Of a stretch of DNA of 64,000 nucleotides, positions 55,913-64,000 are shown one piece after another. Each line of letters starts with the position of its first letter. Positions within the stretch are counted from its first letter, which is position 1. The DNA comes from Octopus vulgaris (Eukaryota): assembly GCA_951406725.2 (NCBI GenBank), contig OX597833.1:60512001-60576000 (forward strand), read 5' to 3'. A program made the position numbers and the translations under genes. Under the pieces are notes generated by a model. It had not been told where the DNA came from, ran no database searches, and saw only the letters and a list, made by a program, of their open reading frames with translations.

Positions 55913-56634
55913 TCAAAATATTTCATCAAACATCTACTACCTGGCCTCTGATACCATATCTGTGCTTTGTTTCTTTAAGATGATTTGGTATAATTTGAGT
56001 GAGATTTCACTGCTATCTAGCAGGTCGAGTGGCTGTATGGAAGTCCTCTTATTAGTGTTGACAACTGATGAAACAGCTTTGTCATCTGGGTCATGACTTT
56101 AAAATGTTCTGACCCACAAGTGATGTAGATCATTTACCTTTCTGTTAGTATATTCATTTGCATGCGCTTACATACATATATATAACAATTGCTCCAACTG
56201 TACAGATGATTGCTGTCTCCTTTTGCTTACTCAGTGGCAATGACATTACAGACTGTCTGTCCATGACCTCTGAAATTACTATTCAATCCCACTGCAGATT
56301 CACATATCTCTATGATTTCAGGTGGTCAAGTCTACACACATTGCCCTTCCTCCATTGACATAGGATTTTCAGTAGGTGGAATGACTACTGTGGTCATGAT
56401 AAAGTGGCATCTGTATATCATTGAATTATAGTTATAAACACTTTTACAACACAAGTACCACTCTCTGAGTCTCTGTGATTAGTACATAGTCAGAGGCCAA
56501 AGTAAAAAATATAACCAGTAATTGTGTGAAACTGCAGGTTTTACATCAGTGTTCCTCTCCTAGAAGGATGCTGTGACAACATCTAGGGGTTTTAAATGGA
56601 TAGCAGTTGACTCTCCAGAGTTCATCCACCCTTG

Positions 56635-57030
56635 GTATTGTTGGCATCCTTTTGTCTCGGGAGACCATGGAGTTGCGCATAAACTAATCCAGTCTGGTTT
56701 TTACATTTCATGTCCTCTCCAGTTTTGCGCAGGCCTGGGCTAGATGTAAGAAAATCCTGGGTAACCCAATCGTCAGGATTCCTCTCTCGACCTTGCTGAC
56801 GTAGTCCAAAGGAGTGCAGAGCATTACGTTTGGCACCAGCTTGGTTGCAGGAGCTGCCAAAAGGGTGTTGAATCGAACACTGAACTACCTATGGGGCTTC
56901 ACTCTGGTTTTCTTTGAAAGTTGTCTCCTTTCCATAACCCTGGATAGGGGCCCACACTGGGTACTGTCAGCCGGAGCCAGCTGAGCCCAGGACTCGTGTC
57001 AGGCAGGGTCGTCACTGCCTAAAGTAGTGA
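56635..57030 (-). mobile_element. Probable non-autonomous bipartite RTE-derived element (5' UTR part joined to 3' end)
   Basis: GC-richer island with CCAAGCTGGTGCCAAACG...CCTTTGGACTAC...GAGAGAGG and terminal CCATGGTCTCCCGAGAC...GGATGCCAAC, recalled as RTE 5' UTR and 3' end motifs; not verified. Confidence 0.45.
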
Positions 57031-58056
57031 AGAAAATCGCTACCCACTACCATAACCCTTGATATACATATATTTATAAGCTACACACACAGACTAGCCT
57101 TGACTTTGTTATCAAATCAAAAGACATTCTATACATACGTCTGTTTATTTCATTTTGTATTTTCCCTATTCTCCTCACAACTAGTCTTTATTCACCATTT
57201 GGTCAGAAGACCTCATCTTTTCTGTTATTGCCCTTCTCTCAACTTTTTATTACACTTGTTCATCTATCATGTCCACTCATCTATACCACAGCATCTTACG
57301 TTGCTAGTGCAGCCAAATTGAACAGTATTGTTAGAAAGTGTTGAAATGTTATGTTTGGTTGAGAACTGATGAGAGGTTGAGTATGTTCATCTCTGTTATG
57401 TGTCTTCTCATTTTCCCCCATAAAATTTTTGTTATCTCCATGTGCCACCTTTCACATTATCGTGTATTTGTGTGCGTGCGTGTGTACGATGAAGATGAAC
57501 ATCGTCTTTTCCATACTTGCATGGGCCAGACATACTTTTGTACATTACTGGAAAGGAATGACATTCCTTAGTTGACATTGATGCTTGTTAAAAACAATTT
57601 ACATGATGTCAAGACAAGGAAACACAAACACTCACATATATATACATTGAGAAGAAGTTGAAAATTCGTTATATGACTATACAAAAAAAAACAATATTTA
57701 AAAACCTTTTCAAAATTAAAAAAAATTTTCTATTAATTTTTTGAATTTGTTTTTAAATCAGTTTAAAATATGCACAGACCAAATTTTTGGCTTAAATCCC
57801 AGCATTCGACCATTGCAAAACATCCAAGTGACAAACATACAAGGAAGGTATCAGGTGGTTGTGAAATGTACTAAAAATCACAGCTAAACATTCTTTAAAT
57901 CATGCCAAAAAAATTTCTAGAGGTTTTTGCATCGTCATATAAATTCCCATGTGTAGAACACAAATTTGCAAAACTTTTCAGAAAATTCGAAAAACAAATA
58001 AGTTTTGAGGCTTTTTATGCCATGCACAAAGCAGAATTCTGCCAAAAGGAACTTAC

Positions 58057-58280
58057 CAATTTAGCAAAGAGGCGAAGGGTCTCCAAGTCTTCAAGGATGT
58101 TACTGGCTTTTGTGGTGATAAGTAACATGTAAAGTTTCTCCAGAGGTTGATACACATATCTTACACTCTCTGTCTCCACAAATGTGTGTTGTTTGCCGCT
58201 GCTCATTAGTTTTGGGAAGGCAGCCAGAAGACCTTCGATTCGGGCCCTTGTCATCTCGACAAACTGTCGAGAAATTATGG
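58057..58280 (-). CDS. ARCN1: Coatomer subunit delta, first visible coding exon (longin domain); upstream exon(s) with ~14 N-terminal codons not found in the window
   Basis: (A)[74 protein letters not shown]; tttcag acceptor, GTAAGT donor; 224 nt, phase 1 to 0. Confidence 0.96.
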
Positions 58281-58377
58281 CTGAAAGTAGACATTCAATA
58301 TAGATTTATGCTTGTATTTACTTACATATATATGTATATACATCATCATCATTTAACATTTGTTCGATATAAACACT

Positions 58378-58424
<47 letters not shown>

Positions 58425-58531
58425 TATACATAGTTAATCCAAACATGAACAAAGAGAAAACACAACAACGCAAGGACATGGAACAAGTATTAGTGTTATT
58501 GGACGCTCAGGAAAGGAAAGAAAGAAGGAGG

Positions 58532-58566
58532 ATTTAATGTTTCAAGCGGAGCTCTTTGTCAGAAAT
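58532..58566 (-). ncRNA. Degenerate hammerhead motif in a Penelope-type fragment (58430-58640); sister copy at 27507-27541
   Basis: attt-CTGACAA-a-gagc(tcc)gctt-GAAAC-ATT-aaat. Sister copy: gttt-CCGACGA-a-gagc(tcc)gctc-AAAAC-GTT-aaac. The consensus of the two restores a complete core. Confidence 0.5.
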
Positions 58567-59713
58567 ATAGAAAAAGGGAAAAGTCCAAGGAAGGGAAGAT
58601 GGAGAAAGAAAATTTCCAACGATACACACGTGGACACATACACATATATATATATATTTAAGTCACAATATATAGATTCAAGTAATCCGATAGTACTCAT
58701 AAAAAATAGCTCCTTAATATATCATTCTACAAAAGGTGGCGACCTGGCAGAAATGTTAGCACACCAGGTGAAATGCTTATTGGTATTTCGTCTGTCTTTA
58801 CATTGTGAGTTCAAATTCCGCCAAGGTTGCCTTTCATCCTTTCAGGATCGATAGATTAAATACCAGTTGCGTATTGAAGTCAATCTAATCAACTGACCCA
58901 CCCCCACTCCCCCAAAATTATGGGCCTTGTGCCTAGAGTAGGAAAGAATATCCCCCAAATTTTGTTAAAAAGCTGGTGAGCGAAATGGTTAGCAGTATTT
59001 CATCTGTCTTTATGTTCTGAGTTCAAATCCCACCAAGGTCGACTTTGCCTTTCATCCTTTACAGGGAGTCGATAAATTAAGTACCAGTTGCATACTGGGG
59101 TCGATCTAATTGACTGACCCCCTCCCCAAAAATTTTGGGCCTTGTGCGTACAGTAGAAAAGAATATATCATTCTACAAAACATATGGAATATATAGTACG
59201 GTACAAGAGAAAACGATAAGGAATGTATAAAGTCATAAATGACGGAGAAATCGCTTGATGAAAATTTACTTAACAATAAGAAAATTCTAACATCACAACC
59301 AATTGTTTCATAACTTAAAAACATGAAAATAAGTTATATTATTATATTTAATAATAACTACTTATATGTCTGCATTAATGCAAAGTGCAAAAAATCCTTC
59401 AAAATAATACAGAATTTAAGCTACATCCTCAGGTGAAAGAAAGTCTTTGTTAAATATATATATATACACACACACATACATACATACATACATATTCAAT
59501 ACATATATTCATCAGTGTTTTGAATCAATCCTGAGATATTGTCTGTATTGAAATTCATATCCGATAATCTATTCATTTAAAAACACTGTAAATACCCTGC
59601 CAAAATAGGCAGTGAAGCTTGGTGCTGTTTTCTGCCTAGCCAGTCCCTGTCAAACCATCCAAACCAGGACAGAATGGAAAATGAATGTTAAATGATGATG
59701 ATTGATGATGATG

Positions 59714-59749
<36 letters not shown>

Positions 59750-59751
<2 letters not shown>

Positions 59752-60435
59752 TCATCATCATTATTCAATGTCCTTTTTCCATGCTGGCATGGGTTGGATG
59801 GTTTGACCAAGGTCTGGAGAGCCAGCGGCTGCACCAGACTCCAATCTGATCTGGCGATGTTTCTACAGCTGGATGCCCTTCCTAATGCCAACCACTCCGT
59901 GGGTGTAGTGGGTGCTTTTTATGTGCCACCAGCACAGGAGCCAGTCAGAAGGGCCTGGTATTGATCACGTTTGGATGGTGCTTTTTACGTGCCACTGGCA
60001 CAAGAGCCAGTCAGGGGGTACTGGCATTGGCCATGATTGGTTGGTGCATTTTACGTGCCACCAGCATGGGAGCCAACTAGGGTCACTGGCCACTGATACG
60101 ATATTGGTTTTACTTGACTTTACAGGTGTTCTCAAGCATATATCACCCAACGCAACAGGGGTATTCTTAACAGGGCTGAACATACGTGGCTGCGATCTCA
60201 TTTTAGTTGCCAGGTCTTCTCAATCACAGCATATCTCCAAAGGTCCCAGTCTCCTGTCATTGCCTCTGTGAGGCCCAATGTTCGAAGGTCATGCTTCACC
60301 ACCTCATCCCATGTCTTCCTGGGTCTACTTCTTCCACAGGTTCTTTCTACAGTTAGGGAGTGGCACTTCTTCACACAGCTGTCTTCATTCATACATAACA
60401 CATGACCATACCAGTGCAGTCGCCTCTCTTGCACA
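59750..60435 (-). mobile_element. 5'-truncated RTE-clade LINE (ORF C-terminus, 3' UTR, (GAT)n tail); many shorter copies, e.g. 172-320, 905-1157, 20812-21135, 24020-24455, 33470-33813, 37720-37868, 43775-44065, 47040-48050, 52029-52680, 55234-55915
   Basis: QERRLHWYGHVLCMNEDSCVKKC...GRSRPRKTWDEVVKHDL is an RTE RT C-terminus and runs directly into the common GTTGGCGTTAGGAAGGGCATCCAGCTGTAGAAAC repeat. Confidence 0.88.
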
Positions 60436-60854
60436 CATATATATATAATTAATCATTATCACTGTTTAATGTCCATGCTGGCACGGCTTGGATGGTTTGA
60501 CAGGATCTGATGGGCCCAAGAACTACCTCATGTTCCAGTGTCTGCCTTGGTATTGTTTTTCAGCTGGATGCTCTTCCTTACGCCAACCACTTTGGGTGTA
60601 TATATAACACATTCAATAGATATTTATGTCTACATACACATACACAACCAGATAAGACCTACCAACCATCGTTTTAGAACAAAACTAAAAATAATTTCTT
60701 AGATACAATTCATATATCTTATGGTGCATTGTGTAATGGCAACAATATGGAAAGAAAGAGAAGTGTTCTTAACCTTTGACCACACACACACACACACACA
60801 CACGTTTAATATAGATTTTCTTATCTGTCAATTAGATACTACACAAACAACACC

Positions 60855-60895
<41 letters not shown>

Positions 60896-61869
60896 CATAC
60901 ATAGAGAGAAAGAGCAGTATTCAATGTCAGCTATTTATCTGTTACTATACACAGTCATAAATATATCTTTTATTTGTTTCAGTCAATGGACTGTGGCTAT
61001 GCTGGGGGCACTGTCTTGAAGGATTTTAGTCAAAAGAATCAGTCCCAGTTATATTTTTTTTAACCTTATTACTATTCTGACAGTCTCTTTGTCAAAATGC
61101 TAAGTTATGGGGATGTAAACAAACCAGCACTGGTTTGTTTAGAGCGTAGGCTGCGGGGTCACTCTGAAAAGCTCTATCTGCAACGATTTCATCTCAATCG
61201 AAGGAGAGGGGCTTTCTCCGTCCGGGTTGCGGATCCATGGAATAAACTGCCGGACGAGATAGTGATGATGCCAACGACCGCTTGGTTCAAAGTCTCTCTT
61301 GACCAGAAATGGCCTGAACTCTTTGCATGAACACCGCTGTACATAACTCCATGTCCCCCTACATGGCCTTGCTTTTTGAGCCAAAAATTTAACTTCACTT
61401 AACTTAACTTATCATATCCACTAACAAGGCTTTGGTCAGCCTAGGCTTATAGAATACATTTCCTCAAGGTACCGTGCAGTGGGACTGAACCTAGAAACAT
61501 GTGGTTGGAAAGCAAACATCTTGTTGGCACACAGCCATGCATGTTTGTATTGGCTGATATGTTAGTGTTTATTACAACCAACGTGTACAAACATGTATCT
61601 AGTGATAAAATGTATGTGTGTGAGCGTGCGTGAATGTGTCTTAACAAGAGGCCATTTCACTAGTCAATATATCAACCAGAGTTCCATGATAATCTGAATC
61701 TGGTAAATATGTAAACAAGATCATGAAACAGGTGACCGCTCTGTAAGACCCCTCCCTACCATAATAAAGTATACATCATCATCGTTGTTGTTTAACATTT
61801 GTCTTTCATGTTGGCATAGGTTAGACAGGATTGGCAAGGCCAGGAGCTACACCAGGTTCCATTGTCTGT

Positions 61870-64000
61870 TGTCAGAGAATTCTATTTGCACACAACATGA
61901 AGGTACATGCTGACTGAAAGAGAACAATTTAAAAGAGAGAACAGTTTTGGCAGGAGATTCACATAGCAGACATGGTTGATAGTGTTGCTGACATTAAAAG
62001 CAAAACTGTTTTCATCAAATTTCTTGAGAATGAGAGCACATTGGTGGATGATATAGGAGAATTGGTCTTCAATAGAGCTGGTTTTACAAAAGCCATATTG
62101 GTAGTTCTTAAGGAGAGAGACAGAGAGAGATAGAAATCAGATGATGGAGAAGGGTGTTGTAAAAGGTTAATGACATCATTGCCTTTGAGTTGATGGAAAT
62201 GCATGCAATAGGACAATAGTTGGTAGAATCAAAGGTATTGTCCTTGTGTGAATGGTAAACAATGTAACATGTTACCAAAGAATGAGAGACAGAGAGAGAT
62301 AGTGAAAGAGAGAGAGTAGAGAGATTAAAGAGTTGTTGAGGACAGGGGTTAACATAGGGGTGCATTAGGGTGAGATAATTTCAGGATTGGTGGCTTTATT
62401 GGTTAGAAGCAATCAGAGGTTAGTTTCTACTTGGGGTGAATGTATATGCATGATGGTGAGTCCGGTGAAATGAAAGGGGATAGTTTTTGATAAGACTTAC
62501 CTAGTGGGTGCAGCTGGAGTTTGATGCGATGTTTGCAGCAAATATGGGGAGTTTTATCTACAGGTGTACTACTCACAGAGCCATCTTGTTTGAGAAGGAA
62601 AGGGAATTAGGAGTCCACAGAGTTGAAGATCTTTTTGGTAAGGAACCATTCTGGGTAACAAGCTGTGGCATATGAGGCATCCTTTACAGTTTTGATGAGT
62701 CTAACAAAGTAGTGGCACTGGATGAAAGCCACCAGTTTGTAGGGTTCTGTGATTTTCATCCAACTTTGTAGGTGGTGTTCATTACCAAGAATTGCAACAA
62801 CACAGTTATAAAAGAACCAAGAGGGGCTGTGAATTTTGATTGTAAGAAGGATATTGAAAGACTTGCTTAAGAGAAGGTTTTCATTCTTCCTGCTAGCTGT
62901 TACTGATAGATCAAAGGTGAAGTACGTGAGGAAGTCAAAAATTATCCACACTTTCACCATAACATTATCGTTATTATTGTCACACTGCCTTCAGTGCACA
63001 TGTGTTTATACTTGGTACTATTGTGGTCATGTGATCCAAGTTTGAGCCTGATCATGCCATTTCTCTTTCTGGCTTTGCACCAAAGAACAAAGAGCAGTGG
63101 TCTGATTTCTCTGGTTGGAAGGTTGTGTCAGGTGCCGAAATTCATCAGAGGCTTTTAGCACAATGCAGGGACAGTGCACTACCGCGTAAAAGTGTGAATG
63201 AGTGGATCGAGATGTTTAAAAGTGGTCGGACAAGCATGATGACCATCAACCTCCACCACTGATGAGAAGATTCATAAAAGCTCGAGAGATGGCAATGGTG
63301 AACCATCTCTCAGATCATAGCTCTTTGTTCTGCTTTGGTGCACATTGCTAGTGGAGCAGTCATGTTTACATTGTAAAGCCAGAAAGAAAAACGGCTTGAC
63401 CAGGCTTAAATTTCAATCATATGACCACAATAGTACATATTTCTTTACTAACCACAAGGGGCTAAACACAGAGGGGACAAACAAGGACAGACAAACGGAT
63501 TAAGTCAATTACATCAACCCCAGTGCGTAACTGGTACTTAATTTATCGACCCTGAAAGGATGAAAGGCAAAGTCGACCTTGGCGGAATTTGAACTCAGAA
63601 CATAGCGGCAGACGAAATACCGCTAAGCATTTTGCCCAGCACTCTAACGTTTCTGTCAGCTCGCCGCCTTTAGTTGGTACCACAATAGTACCAACTATAA
63701 GCATGCATGCGCTGTAGGCAGTGTGACAACAATAAGGATATGTTAAGGTGAAAGTGCAGATAATTTATGATTTCCCCTCGTATATGTGTTTGCTAAGGAC
63801 AGTTAGCATGGAACTGACAGGGCTCCAATCAGTCAGCTAACTTGAAGTAATATAGGATCTGGGAGGTGAACAGATGTGATGGGTAGTTGTGGTAAGGATG
63901 ATTTGGTAAGTGTAGAGACATGGTGGTTTAGAAGAGCTGGGATTTGAATTATCTGTGTCAGTCAGAGATGTGGGGAGAAGGATAAAAGTAACTGATGCAG
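61870..64000 (-). mobile_element. Old Jockey/CR1-group LINE remnant, split by a mariner MITE
   Basis: Degenerate RT motifs HKDNTFDSTNYCPIACISINSKAM (NYRPI) and NYQYGFCKTSSIEDQF...FNVSNTINHV (QYGFR...DISKAFD). Extension beyond 63783 is less certain. Confidence 0.65.
62925..63780 (+). mobile_element. Mariner-derived non-autonomous element with long terminal inverted repeats and TA duplication
   Basis: TA|CGTGAGGAAGTCAAAAATTATC...GATAATTTATGATTTCCCCTCG|TA with ~150-bp inverted arms. Internal remnant KEQRAVV*FLWLEG/VSGAEIHQRLLAQ...SVNEWIEMFKSGRTS is a mariner HTH. Confidence 0.85.

Noticed and set aside
55276-56096. 235-aa and 161-aa ORFs with internal repeats
   Set aside because: They run through an RTE 3' UTR with a 159-bp tandem duplication; repeats are contiguous with no unique spacers, so this is not a CRISPR-like array either.
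58281-64000. Search for the ARCN1 start exon(s) encoding MVLLAAAVCTK-like residues
   Set aside because: Not found; the GTAAGT at ~62495-62500 lies in a LINE remnant and the adjacent sequence does not encode the expected peptide.

Overview
Eukaryotic, AT-rich, microsatellite- and retroposon-dense genomic DNA. The SINE families and repeat landscape suggest an octopus (coleoid cephalopod); this is inference. Two spliced protein-coding genes lie in tandem on the minus strand. (1) Coatomer subunit delta (ARCN1/delta-COP): ten coding exons traced from 58280 down to the stop at 41925, all with GT-AG borders and consistent phases; only the first ~14 codons are missing and were not found in the window. 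(2) About 33 kb downstream, the first coding exon of a Cbl-family E3 ubiquitin ligase (8510-9039), whose remaining exons lie left of the window. Nearly all other listed ORFs are microsatellite or transposon artefacts. The rest is a mosaic of tRNA-derived SINEs, 5'-truncated RTE and CR1 LINEs, a broken Tc1/mariner transposon, MITEs, Helitrons and short Penelope-type fragments. The most notable non-obvious signal is a set of minimal type I hammerhead-ribozyme motifs from several distinct repeat families, often inside fold-back palindromes; one has an intact core on the ARCN1 pre-mRNA strand. No wholly new multi-gene system is supported. All calls were made by eye, without database searches.
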